From Crocinitomicaceae bacterium (GTDB taxonomy: Bacteria; Bacteroidota; Bacteroidia; Flavobacteriales_D; Crocinitomicaceae): 64,000 bases of DNA. A program made the position numbers and the translations under genes. The notes under the pieces were generated by a model. It saw only the letters and a program-made list of their open reading frames with translations. It was not told the origin of the DNA and did no database searches. The DNA lies in the NCBI GenBank assembly GCA_044240055.1, contig JBIIAG010000010.1, forward strand, positions 18,463 to 82,462, in the 5' to 3' direction. Position 1 is the first letter of the stretch, and each line of letters opens with the position of its first letter. Below are positions 49,424 to 59,031 of the stretch, piece after piece.

Positions 49424-51021
49424 TTCTTTTTACGTGTAGCGGAATGATGAACAGATCCATGAACATTTTTAAAATATTGCAGGCCAATAACATCTAACAT
49501 TCCATCATTTAGTTTAAATTCTGCTTGTAACTGTTGAATGGACTCAATGGCATTGTGATCGATAAAATGGCATTTTGTTACATCTAAATGTATTTGTTCG
49601 GATAAATCAAACGTTCGAAGTTTTGTTTGAATTTTCAAATAGTTTGTAAAAACAATCGCTCCATCCACAACAATTACATTCTTATCCACTTTACATTTTA
49701 GTTTAAATAAATTTTTGAATCCAACACCACGAAATAAATGTAGGATTATTTCGGTAATAATCCCCATGCCAATTCCAATTAATAAATCGCTCATCAAAGT
49801 CACGACAATTGTCACCAAGAAAACCACCAATTGATCGGCACCAATTTTAAACATGTGTCCGAATTCTTTCGGATGAGCCAATTTCCATCCCACTCCAATT
49901 AACATCGCTGCTAAAGCCGACATTGGGATCAAATTACTGAAGGACACTGCAAAAATCAAGAAAATGAAAATGAAAATACCGTGAAATAAATTCGCCCATC
50001 GAGTACGTCCGCCACCATTTACATTCGCTGATGATCGAGCAACTTCGGAAATCATGGGTAATCCACCAAAAATTCCCGCAAGAATATTTCCGAATCCAAC
50101 GGCCATTAGGTCTTTGTTATAATTTGACTTGCGTTTGTAGGGATCCATCATATCAATGGCTTTGACCGTCAACAATGCCTCCAGGGAACCTACAAGTGCA
50201 AACATGATGACATACTTGATAAACGTCCCCAAATGCTGGAAACCGTCAAAACTAACATTGATACCAAGGATATCAAAAAATCCTTTATCGAATGTCAATA
50301 ATGGCTTGAAATTTCCTGAGTTCTCCATTCCGAATGCTATGGCCATCAAAATAGACACTACTAAAACAACTAATGGTGCTGGAATTCTTTTCAAGAAATT
50401 CACTTTCAACATAGGCCAACCAAAAACAATGGCAAGTGATGTTAACCCAATCACCGCAACTTCTGTATGTTCAAAGAAATTAGGAATGGTTGATTTAAGT
50501 AAGAATAACAAATCCAACGGCTCTACCATGGCTTTACCATCGAATGTAAGTGGAGTTACACCTGCGAGAATATGAATTTGCTTACTCATAATGATGATTC
50601 CGATGGCTGCTAACATTCCGTGGACAGCTGAAAGAGGGAAAATATCACTGAATTTTCCGAATTTCAATGCACCAAAAAGTACTTGAATGATTCCTGCCAC
50701 GACCACTGCGCCAAGAGCTAAGTGCCAGCCCAACTCTGCGTTACCGTGTCCTAATTCATGAACGGAACCGGCAACAATGACAATGAGTCCAGCTGCTGGA
50801 CCTTTAATTGTTAATGGTGAGCCAGCAATGAAGCTGACTACAATTCCACCAATCAAGGCAGTTAAAAGACCATAAATAGGTGGAAATTCACTTGCCTTTG
50901 CAATTCCCAAGCTCAAGGGCAATGCGAGTAAAAAAACGAGAAAACCGGACAATGCATCGGCAGAGAAATTCTCTTTCAAACCTTGCCATCCGTCTTTAGG
51001 GATTAATGATTTATTATTCAT
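49420..51021 (-). CDS. SulP family anion (bicarbonate/sulfate-type) transporter with a C-terminal STAS domain
   Basis: 533 aa. The N-terminus DALSGFLVFLLALPLSLGIAKASEFPPIYGLLTALIGGIV is the SulP signature. There are more than 10 TM helices. The C-terminal STAS-like segment reads VIVVDGAIVFTNYLKI...LDVTKCHFIDHNAIESI. Confidence 0.85.
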   Translation of the reverse strand: MNNKSLIPKDGWQGLKENFSADALSGFLVFLLALPLSLGIAKASEFPPIYGLLTALIGGIVVSFIAGSPLTIKGPAAGLIVIVAGSVHELGHGNAELGWHLALGAVVVAGIIQVLFGALKFGKFSDIFPLSAVHGMLAAIGIIIMSKQIHILAGVTPLTFDGKAMVEPLDLLFLLKSTIPNFFEHTEVAVIGLTSLAIVFGWPMLKVNFLKRIPAPLVVLVVSILMAIAFGMENSGNFKPLLTFDKGFFDILGINVSFDGFQHLGTFIKYVIMFALVGSLEALLTVKAIDMMDPYKRKSNYNKDLMAVGFGNILAGIFGGLPMISEVARSSANVNGGGRTRWANLFHGIFIFIFLIFAVSFSNLIPMSALAAMLIGVGWKLAHPKEFGHMFKIGADQLVVFLVTIVVTLMSDLLIGIGMGIITEIILHLFRGVGFKNLFKLKCKVDKNVIVVDGAIVFTNYLKIQTKLRTFDLSEQIHLDVTKCHFIDHNAIESIQQLQAEFKLNDGMLDVIGLQYFKNVHGSVHHSATRKKK

Positions 51022-51043
51022 AGCTAATTCTGTTAAAATGAGT

Positions 51044-52924
51044 TTAAGAAGAGCGTTTTGCTACTTCGTGATATGTTTTAATGTGTGGACCTAGAAACAC
51101 GCGGGCGTATATCCGAACGGTTGCGAGTCCATTAATAACGAGACTTAATGCGGTAAAAAATGCCAAACCGATTTGATCTTCGTGAATGTGTGAAAAGATT
51201 AAATCTTCACCAATGAAGGAAGGCGAAATCGGAAATCCTGCCAATCCCAAACTACAAATCAAAAAGATGATTGCGGCTTTTGGATGTTCGTAAACGTGGC
51301 CATAAAATTGATCCAGACTTATCCATTCTTCACGTTTTCTTAAATAGTTTATGACCATTAATCCCACGAACCAACTCACAAGGATTCCACTCAAATACCA
51401 TAAATTGTGCATGAAATCGTACTGCTCATTGAAGGAAATCGCAATGGCAATAGCCACATGGTTCAACATGATTAAAGTCAAACTTTTTCGCACACTGTCT
51501 TTTTCTGTGTAGGCTTTCACCACAATTAAAAATCCCGAGAAAGCAAAGAAAAAGGGCAATTGATGACGAAGGATTGCCGGCATTTGGTCTCGGAATTGAA
51601 TCGCAATTAATCCCGAAAGAATGACAAATCCAATAAAATAAAAAACGTACTTAAAATTTAATATTTGCCAATTGCGTCCGATTTTTTTCAATGGATTCCA
51701 AAGGATTGTGTACATCAAATTGTCCAGGTTCCACTCTTTCAAATTCAAGATGTAAAACGCGTATTCAAAGCGTTTCGGCCAAGAATCCTCCAAGGTAGCG
51801 GGCTTGCGTTTGAAGTGGTAAAACTGCTCGCGAATCTTGGAACTGACAACCGAAGGAGAGATTAACAGCTGATAAGTGCGTAAAAACGCATTTCCTGTAA
51901 TATGAACCAGCGCAAACACTTCCCACCCCAAAGCAATCTCCATAAAAATCAAACCAATCTGTGCAATAGATGCATAAGCAATTTGAGATTTAATAGAACT
52001 TTGAACACGGCTAATAAAGGTGGCTATGATCGCTGTTAAGAGTCCGGAGAAGATCAAGAAGACCTTGAAAATGATTTGATTTTCCCAAAAATGGATGGTT
52101 CTCAACATCAAAAAAGCTCCAATATGCACCGACAAGGAACCATAGAAAATCGCACTAGATGGTGTTGGTCCTTCCATCGCTCTCGGCAACCAAGATGAAA
52201 AAGGCAATTGCGCCGATTTCGCTGCAGCGGAAATGTAAAACATAAACGCAATGGATAGTCCCACTAAGGAATTTTGAATGATGTGATCATGCACCAACTC
52301 AGCATTGTGCAATTTCGCAAAAGAAATATTTTCATGCCACAAATGATGTGATAACCACATGGCCAAAATGATTCCAACATCTCCGATTCGATAAACAGAA
52401 AAGACTTTGATTGCATTTTTCACCGGTAAATAACGGTCGCGGTAGAACGCTATGAGTAAGAAGGAAGAGATTCCTAATACTTCCCAACCGATGAACATAG
52501 TTTCTAGATTACCAGCAAAAATGATGATGATAAATCCAAGGAAAAAGAACAAAATCGTGTTAAAGAATCGTTTGTATCCTTCTTCTCTATGTAAATAATA
52601 CCGAGAGTAAATCGTTATTAAAAAGGTTAATGATGAACCCAATAACAAGTAAACCATCGTTAACATATCAAAGTAGAAATCTAAATAGAATTCATAACTA
52701 CCATTGCGATAAACAGAGAATTCTTTCAGATTAATTTCATGAAAACCATGAATCGCCCATTGATACGTGAAGAAAATACTCACCAAAAGCTGTAGTCCCA
52801 CAGACGTGTACGCCAAAATGGAAAGTGCATTCTCCTTCTTTTTTGGAATAAATAAGCTCAATGTAAAACTTACCAAAGGAAGAAGAATGAAAAAATGAAT
52901 GAAGAATTTAAATGTAAGTTCCAA
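51044..52924 (-). CDS. dabB: DabB: proton-conducting membrane transporter (NuoL/MrpA-like, PF00361-type) subunit of a DAB inorganic-carbon pump
   Basis: 626 aa and polytopic. NuoL-like motifs are present (GWEVLGISSFLLIAFY, AAAKSAQLPFSSWLPRAMEGPTPSSAIFYGSLSVHIG). There are no other nuo genes nearby, and it sits 6 nt downstream of a DUF2309 gene. The start is TTG per the ORF track. Confidence 0.8.
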   Translation of the reverse strand: MELTFKFFIHFFILLPLVSFTLSLFIPKKKENALSILAYTSVGLQLLVSIFFTYQWAIHGFHEINLKEFSVYRNGSYEFYLDFYFDMLTMVYLLLGSSLTFLITIYSRYYLHREEGYKRFFNTILFFFLGFIIIIFAGNLETMFIGWEVLGISSFLLIAFYRDRYLPVKNAIKVFSVYRIGDVGIILAMWLSHHLWHENISFAKLHNAELVHDHIIQNSLVGLSIAFMFYISAAAKSAQLPFSSWLPRAMEGPTPSSAIFYGSLSVHIGAFLMLRTIHFWENQIIFKVFLIFSGLLTAIIATFISRVQSSIKSQIAYASIAQIGLIFMEIALGWEVFALVHITGNAFLRTYQLLISPSVVSSKIREQFYHFKRKPATLEDSWPKRFEYAFYILNLKEWNLDNLMYTILWNPLKKIGRNWQILNFKYVFYFIGFVILSGLIAIQFRDQMPAILRHQLPFFFAFSGFLIVVKAYTEKDSVRKSLTLIMLNHVAIAIAISFNEQYDFMHNLWYLSGILVSWFVGLMVINYLRKREEWISLDQFYGHVYEHPKAAIIFLICSLGLAGFPISPSFIGEDLIFSHIHEDQIGLAFFTALSLVINGLATVRIYARVFLGPHIKTYHEVAKRSS

Positions 52925-52930
52925 AGCGCT

Positions 52931-55399
52931 TTAAAGTGTTAATTCAACAACAGGTAAATTCTTGGCTTCATTCGTTACAAATGGCATCACTTCATCAACA
53001 TGATTTAGTGCTCTTTGAGGTAAATCATAAGGTGTAAATCTTCCATTTGCGAATTGATAGAACTGTTTCTCCAACGGATGGAATGCCACCAAATTCACCC
53101 AACTATTCAAGAACCATTCATAGGTCGTAGGATTCGTTTGAATGGTATTCAAAACCACTTCAGGAAAATGTTCCACAATAACTAACATCCTCATCGGATC
53201 GTGTACCTCTATCATTTGACTAGGTAATCCCGTACGTAAATCCCCATCGATTCCATTCGCCACCCCAATAAGTCCCATGACATTATGTGGCAACTTCGTT
53301 CCTGCCCCCAACTTTTGGTTATCCACCCGTGAGAAATAATATTCTAAGTTGATTCCCCCACAAACGGGCGCTACCGCATTTAGAATTCCCAACAAGTAAT
53401 TTCCATCTGGATCAACTTCGTAATCAAAGGAATTTAAAAAGGAACGTCGATCTAGGAACAATCCTCTTGAGAAGGAACGTCGACCCACAATGCACAAAGC
53501 ATTTGTTGCGTGATTCAACTCAGGTCGAGGTTCGAAAAGAGATACCGAGCGCAATTTCACGTTCTCATGCACCTTTTTTACTGCTTTTCTTGAATTCATT
53601 ACAACAAATCTTCTCGATCTTTCGGTTGCATTAAAATCTAAGGCTTGATCGAATAACCGCTTGTTGACTTGATGTCTCTCTTTATTTCGTTTGGTTAATG
53701 GTTCAACATCAAAGTATGTAAACTCATCCCGACTGGTATCATGTAAAACGGGAACAAATTGAGTGCTTTCTGGAAGTTCAATGCCACGTTCTTTAAGCTT
53801 TTTTCGAACGATTGGATGGTTTCCAATATAACTAAGTACACGAGCATTGACCGATCCCGGACGTCCAGAACACGCTCCACAGTCGTATCCTGCGTAGTGT
53901 GTATTGTTCGAGCTGCTTGACCCATGTCCAACCACATAAATGAGCGGCGCGAAAGCTTGATTTAAGCCAATACTCATTAACAAGGCATGAATACGATCTG
54001 TCATTTCGTCGACATTGTATCCAACGCTCAAACCGTCCTCGGTCAGTTGTCCATTCGTATTTTCAATCAACAAAGTCGAATCTGCACACATGTGTCCGCT
54101 TGAAGAAACTGCCACGGTATTCATGGATGGTTTAAAAATAGCTAATGCTAATTTAAGTGCAGACCAGAATCCCATGGTATGCGTTAAAATCCAACCGAAA
54201 ACCAGTCCGTAGGACCTGGCATGAAAGTGATATTCTTTATCCGATTTCGCATTATTCGCGATTTCTTTGATTAAGAATTTTGGCGAAACTGGCGCTGGAC
54301 AAACCTTGGTTCTAAACGTAGATCCGTATGGTTGGAAATAAAACTCCACTCCGAAGAATCCAGCAGTGCCAAAAGTCTGAACACCGGGATGTCCTTCCTC
54401 GATGTATCGTCGAATGGAGCATTCACGGTCATCAATGCAGAAAACACCTTGTAATTCAGGTTTTTTTTCCTCCGCAACGATCTTTTCTTTTAATCCGTTG
54501 AGTACTTCGTTGTAATAGGTCCACTCATAGGCTTCTTGCCAAATGCGTTTGACTTCATCTAATTCTGTCATTTCAACAGGAGCAAACAAATCGCGAATGG
54601 GCCTTGCATCTTGACCAATTGGCATCCAAATTTCGCCAAACTGTGCATCCAGGGCATCTATCTCCAATAAACATTCGAAAATCATCCAGTCAACAAAGTC
54701 TATTTGACGTGAGTCAATTAAAGCTTGTGCGTCCCCGGAAAGGACTGAAACCATACCCGAGTAACCGGGGTGAGCAAATTGTTGATCGAACAGGTAACGC
54801 TCAAAAAGTTCTTCCTTACCTACTAAAATAGCCAGGCAATCTTCGATGTGAAGCGCTGGATTCTTTAACAGTTCTTTTGCACGACGCCTTTTGAAAAAGC
54901 TCACCGAACCGTTGGACTCTAGATGCCTCATGGCAGCTAGAAATCCCAAATCTTTGATTGGGAAATTCCAGACGGAAATCCCTTGATCTAAATAACTACT
55001 TGTAATTCTAAAAAGAGTCGAATGCGTATAGTTATCTAAATCAATTTTATACTGTGATTTCCATTGCACACGTAGCTCCCCTATACGTGGAGTCGTTTGT
55101 TCGCTATGCTCTTTGTCCAGTAAACAAGATATCCAATACGATTTATCTTCCGAAGGAATAAAGCGGTCTAAGATTAGTTTATTGATTTTACCTTCCTGGA
55201 ATAATTGACGGTATTCACTTAGTTGCAAATACGTTTTATACCCAAATAATTCACTCGATTTTTTCAATCCCTTATGGAACGAATCATGCTGAAAGGCATG
55301 AAGCGTATTGTGGTGAATAAAATCTTTCAGTGGTGACTGAGACGGGAGGTAATGACTTAACTTTTCTACAACTTTTTCAAGTTGAAAGGTGTTTTTCAT
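52931..55399 (-). CDS. dabA: DabA: DUF2309 (PF10070-type) subunit of a DAB inorganic-carbon pump
   Basis: 822 aa. The N-terminus LSHYLPSQSPLKDFIHHNTLHAF is typical of DUF2309. It carries a beta-carbonic-anhydrase-like CxDxR motif (FCIDDRECS) and a His/Cys pair 15 residues apart (GHGSSSSNNTHYAGYDC). Confidence 0.85.
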   Translation of the reverse strand: MKNTFQLEKVVEKLSHYLPSQSPLKDFIHHNTLHAFQHDSFHKGLKKSSELFGYKTYLQLSEYRQLFQEGKINKLILDRFIPSEDKSYWISCLLDKEHSEQTTPRIGELRVQWKSQYKIDLDNYTHSTLFRITSSYLDQGISVWNFPIKDLGFLAAMRHLESNGSVSFFKRRRAKELLKNPALHIEDCLAILVGKEELFERYLFDQQFAHPGYSGMVSVLSGDAQALIDSRQIDFVDWMIFECLLEIDALDAQFGEIWMPIGQDARPIRDLFAPVEMTELDEVKRIWQEAYEWTYYNEVLNGLKEKIVAEEKKPELQGVFCIDDRECSIRRYIEEGHPGVQTFGTAGFFGVEFYFQPYGSTFRTKVCPAPVSPKFLIKEIANNAKSDKEYHFHARSYGLVFGWILTHTMGFWSALKLALAIFKPSMNTVAVSSSGHMCADSTLLIENTNGQLTEDGLSVGYNVDEMTDRIHALLMSIGLNQAFAPLIYVVGHGSSSSNNTHYAGYDCGACSGRPGSVNARVLSYIGNHPIVRKKLKERGIELPESTQFVPVLHDTSRDEFTYFDVEPLTKRNKERHQVNKRLFDQALDFNATERSRRFVVMNSRKAVKKVHENVKLRSVSLFEPRPELNHATNALCIVGRRSFSRGLFLDRRSFLNSFDYEVDPDGNYLLGILNAVAPVCGGINLEYYFSRVDNQKLGAGTKLPHNVMGLIGVANGIDGDLRTGLPSQMIEVHDPMRMLVIVEHFPEVVLNTIQTNPTTYEWFLNSWVNLVAFHPLEKQFYQFANGRFTPYDLPQRALNHVDEVMPFVTNEAKNLPVVELTL

Positions 55400-55451
55400 T
55401 CAAATAGTTATTTGTTAAACAATTGATTTTAGGGTCAATGCTCAACAAATA

Positions 55452-55817
55452 CTATATTCTGAAATTCTGAAATTGAATGAAAAGTGGAAGTTTCTCCCAT
55501 CGGTGGTGGTGGGTGAAATAGGAATATTTTGAACTCGTTAAAGTACTGAATGTAAGTATTGGACTTTCAATGCTTGATGAAACCAAGTCCATATCTTGAT
55601 CGAAGTCTCCCCCATCTTCGTCCAATTCGACGTCTTCTTCGAATTCAAAGGCATTCAAATTTACATCACCCGAAACTTTACGTAAGATGATTTGCTTGTT
55701 TTCTGAATGAGATTTGGAAGAAGTTATGACAGCACCAAAAACGATATTGCCCAACGTTACATTGAGGAAAACACCCAATGCACAGAAAAACAGACAGAAA
55801 CGACGTATCACATTCAC
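55452..55817 (-). CDS. hypothetical membrane-anchored acidic protein
   Basis: 121 aa with a GTG start. It has an N-terminal hydrophobic anchor and an acidic stretch (EFEEDVELDEDGGDFDQDMD). It lies 52 nt upstream of dabA on the same strand. Confidence 0.4.
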   Translation of the reverse strand: MNVIRRFCLFFCALGVFLNVTLGNIVFGAVITSSKSHSENKQIILRKVSGDVNLNAFEFEEDVELDEDGGDFDQDMDLVSSSIESPILTFSTLTSSKYSYFTHHHRWEKLPLFIQFQNFRI

Positions 55818-55890
55818 GATGCAAAGTTAAATCATAATAACATCCGATCGCTTAATAAACTTGTTAATTTAAATTCACATTTCTAATTCC

Positions 55891-55898
55891 TATCTTTG
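55891..55898 (+). promoter_or_regulatory. Bacteroidota -7 box (TAnnTTTG) upstream of rocD
   Basis: TATCTTTG lies about 30 nt upstream of the ATG at 55929. Confidence 0.45.
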
Positions 55899-55928
55899 TC
55901 ATCAAATCATCAACGTTTATTCGCAATT

Positions 55929-57194
55929 ATGAATCAAGCAAACCAACACATCACATTAGAAGACCAATACGGAGCACACAACTACCATCCACTACCTGTT
56001 GTTTTAACAAAAGGAGAAGGTGTTTTTGTTTGGGATGTGGACGGAAAAAAATATTTTGATTTCCTCTCTGCTTACTCTGCGGTAAACCAAGGACACTGTC
56101 ATCCAAAAATCACACAAGCATTAATAGATCAAGCGCAAACCTTGGCTTTGACTTCGCGTGCTTTTTACAATGACTCGCTTGGACACTACGAGAAATTTGT
56201 GACGGAAACATTCGGTTTTGACAAAGTACTTCCAATGAATACGGGTGCAGAAGCCGTTGAAACAGCGATTAAATTATGCCGCAAATGGGCCTATGAGAAA
56301 AAGGGAATCGCAGAAAATGAGGCAGTAATCATTGTGTGTGAAGGAAACTTCCACGGACGCACAACAACCATCGTGTCGTTTTCGAGTGATCCGGATTCCT
56401 ACCAGAATTTTGGACCTTTCCCTGCTGGATTCGTTTCTATTCCATATGATGACATTTCTGCGCTTGAAGTAGCGTTGAAAGGAAAAAATGTAGCGGGATT
56501 CCTAGTAGAACCGATTCAAGGGGAAGCTGGAGTTTATACACCAGGTGAGATGTTCCTGAGCGAAGCAAAACGACTTTGTACGGAAAACAATGTGCTTTTT
56601 ATCGCGGATGAAGTTCAAACAGGCATCGCACGTACGGGAAGTTTATTAGCGACGTGTGGAAACTGTACCTGCGAACACAAATGTGAGCGTCAAACAGCAA
56701 CATACAATCGTCCGGATATCCTCATTCTAGGAAAAGCACTTTCAGGAGGTGTTTATCCAGTTTCTGCTGTGCTAGCAGACGACGAAATCATGATGGTCAT
56801 CAAACCTGGACAACACGGTTCAACCTTTGGTGGAAATCCCATTGCAGCGAAAGTTGCCATTGCAGCGTTAGAAGTAGTGTATGAAGAAAACCTGATCCAA
56901 AATGCCCGCAAACTTGGCTCCTTATTTCGAAAAGAAATGAACCGAATCATCGAAACGAATGATTTGATTCTTCAAGTGCGTGGAAAAGGATTGTTAAACG
57001 CGATTGTCGTGAACGATTCTCCAGATAGCCAAACGGCTTGGAATTTATGTGTGGCGTTAAAAGAAAATGGACTTTTAGCGAAACCGACACATGGAAACAT
57101 CATTCGCTTTGCACCACCTTTGGTTATTACCGAAGAACAGTTGATGGATTGCGTTGCAATCATTGAAAACACGATTCGCGCGTTCTCGAAGTAA
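55929..57194 (+). CDS. rocD: ornithine--oxo-acid aminotransferase
   Basis: Start refined to [26 protein letters not shown]. Class-III aminotransferase motifs are [14 protein letters not shown] and ILGKALSGG (PLP lysine). It is colinear with eukaryotic and bacterial OAT apart from a Cys-rich insertion. Confidence 0.9.
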   Translation: MNQANQHITLEDQYGAHNYHPLPVVLTKGEGVFVWDVDGKKYFDFLSAYSAVNQGHCHPKITQALIDQAQTLALTSRAFYNDSLGHYEKFVTETFGFDKVLPMNTGAEAVETAIKLCRKWAYEKKGIAENEAVIIVCEGNFHGRTTTIVSFSSDPDSYQNFGPFPAGFVSIPYDDISALEVALKGKNVAGFLVEPIQGEAGVYTPGEMFLSEAKRLCTENNVLFIADEVQTGIARTGSLLATCGNCTCEHKCERQTATYNRPDILILGKALSGGVYPVSAVLADDEIMMVIKPGQHGSTFGGNPIAAKVAIAALEVVYEENLIQNARKLGSLFRKEMNRIIETNDLILQVRGKGLLNAIVVNDSPDSQTAWNLCVALKENGLLAKPTHGNIIRFAPPLVITEEQLMDCVAIIENTIRAFSK

Positions 57195-57253
57195 AAAAGT
57201 AAGGGGCGTTTATTAATCTCATTCACCTCGAATTTTTTCCTGCTAATTTCCCT

Positions 57254-57261
57254 ATCTTTGC
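57254..57261 (+). promoter_or_regulatory. Bacteroidota -7 box (TAnnTTTG) upstream of the phosphohexomutase gene
   Basis: TATCTTTG lies 20 nt upstream of the TTG start at 57281. Confidence 0.45.
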
Positions 57262-57280
57262 CTCATTAAAATCAATCAAT

Positions 57281-58690
57281 TTGGCACAGAAAATTAAATT
57301 TGGAACGGACGGATGGCGAGCCATCATTGCCGATGACTTTACCGTGGAAAACGTCGCTCGCGTAACCGAAGCAACCGGAATCTGGTTAAAAAATAATTAC
57401 GAGAATCCTTCCGTTATCGTTGGACACGATTGTCGTTTTGCAGGAGAATTGTTCATGGAAACAGCCGTGAAAGTACTCGTTGCTCAAGGAATTCCTGTTC
57501 GCATGTCACGTGGATTCGTTTCCACTCCCATGATATCACTTGCAGCGTATCAATTTCAATGTGAAGTAGGTATCATCCTAACCGCAAGCCATAATCCTCC
57601 TTCTTACAATGGATTCAAGTTAAAAGCATTCTTTGGTGGACCATTGGAACCAGAGAAAGTGCAAGAAGTAGAGGACATCATTCCAGATATTTGTACGATT
57701 GATTACAAGTCCGTAAACATTGATGCAGGGATTGAAGCTGGAAAAATAGAAATCGTAGACATTGAAACACGCTACGTGGAACACGTGAAAAAGAACTTTG
57801 ACCTTGACGCGATTTCAAATTCTGGATTGAACCTAGTGTACGATGCCATGTACGGCGCTGGTCAACGCGTAATGCCTTTGATTTTGCCAAAAACACAGTT
57901 GTTGCATTGTGACCACAATCCATCTTTCCGTGGACAAGCACCAGAACCGATTGCAAAAAACCTTCAGGAATTAGAAGCGTTCATCAAAGCAGATGGAACT
58001 ATTTCCTGTGCCTTGGCAACTGACGGTGATGCTGATCGCATTGGACTATACAATGGAAAAGGTGAATTCATCGATTCTCACCACATCATCCTCTTGTTGA
58101 TTCACTACATGGTGAAATACAAACAAATGACTGGAAAAGTAGTCATTGCTTTCAGTGTGACACCTCGTGTAGAGAAATTGTGTGCGCATTATGGACTCGA
58201 AATTCAAACCACAAAAATTGGATTCAAAGAAATTGCGTCCATCATGATCAAGGACGATGTTCTACTTGGTGGAGAAGAATCCGGAGGAATTGCTGTAAAA
58301 GGACACATTCCAGAACGCGATGGAATTTGGATGGGATTAATTATCTGGGAATTCATGGCGAAATCAGGTAAGTCACTCGATGAGTTGATTGATGAAGTAT
58401 ATGAAATCGTAGGCCCATTTAAATTTGAACGCAACGACCTTCACATCACCGAGGAATTAAAACAAAAAATCATTGCGAATTGCAAAGCAAATAATTACAC
58501 GTCCTTTGGGAAATACCAAGTCGCTGACTTGAAAACCATCGACGGATTCAAGTATTTCTTCGACGACAATCGTTGGGTCATGATTCGTCCTTCTGGAACG
58601 GAACCTGTTCTTCGTACGTATGCAGAAGCACCAACATTGGAGGAAGTACGTGAAATATTGAAAGCAACAGAAGAAACGATTTGTCAATAA
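57281..58690 (+). CDS. alpha-D-phosphohexomutase (phosphoglucomutase/phosphomannomutase family)
   Basis: 469 aa. N-terminus FGTDGWRAII. The active-site serine loop is LTASHNPPSYNGFK. The metal loop is ATDGDADR. The sugar loop is GGEESGG. Confidence 0.9.
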   Translation: MAQKIKFGTDGWRAIIADDFTVENVARVTEATGIWLKNNYENPSVIVGHDCRFAGELFMETAVKVLVAQGIPVRMSRGFVSTPMISLAAYQFQCEVGIILTASHNPPSYNGFKLKAFFGGPLEPEKVQEVEDIIPDICTIDYKSVNIDAGIEAGKIEIVDIETRYVEHVKKNFDLDAISNSGLNLVYDAMYGAGQRVMPLILPKTQLLHCDHNPSFRGQAPEPIAKNLQELEAFIKADGTISCALATDGDADRIGLYNGKGEFIDSHHIILLLIHYMVKYKQMTGKVVIAFSVTPRVEKLCAHYGLEIQTTKIGFKEIASIMIKDDVLLGGEESGGIAVKGHIPERDGIWMGLIIWEFMAKSGKSLDELIDEVYEIVGPFKFERNDLHITEELKQKIIANCKANNYTSFGKYQVADLKTIDGFKYFFDDNRWVMIRPSGTEPVLRTYAEAPTLEEVREILKATEETICQ

Positions 58691-58711
58691 GATAATTTCA
58701 AATTCAGATGT

Positions 58712-58750
58712 GAGCCTCGACAGTATCGTCGGGGCTTTTTTTTTGTTTTT
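58712..58750 (+). terminator. Rho-independent terminator after the phosphohexomutase gene
   Basis: GAGCCTCGAC - loop - GTCGGGGCTT (one mismatch), followed by a long T-run (tttttttttgtttttt). Confidence 0.6.
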
Positions 58751-58825
58751 TGAAAATGATTTACTATATTTAGATTATATAAATATATTATAACAACATT
58801 CACAAGCTCACTTCCAGAAAGTCTA

Positions 58826-59026
58826 TTGCAACAATTGCAGGATAAATCGAAAGAATTCGGAATTCCTAAAAATAAAATCATTGAAAAGGCTCTCACCCTG
58901 TACTTGGAAGAATTGAACAAAGCGGCCTATGTTCGTTCGTATAAAGAAATGAGCGAGGATACCAATCTTTTTCAAATCGCCGAGGAAGGAATAGCTGAAT
59001 ACCACAAGCAACTGAAAGATCCTTAA
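58826..59026 (+). CDS. ribbon-helix-helix (CopG/MazE-like) antitoxin
   Basis: IPKNKIIEKALTLYLEE is an RHH helix pattern. It sits 5 nt upstream of a MazF-family gene. The frame is open upstream to about 58760, and the expected N-terminal beta-strand (SLPESLL) lies before the listed TTG. The true start is therefore unclear. Confidence 0.65.
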   Translation: MQQLQDKSKEFGIPKNKIIEKALTLYLEELNKAAYVRSYKEMSEDTNLFQIAEEGIAEYHKQLKDP

Positions 59027-59031
59027 TCACT

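Noticed and set aside
51044-52924. NuoL-like protein as part of respiratory complex I or an Mrp antiporter
   Set aside because: No other nuo or mrp subunits are adjacent. It is coupled (6-nt gap) to a DUF2309 gene, which is the DabAB signature.
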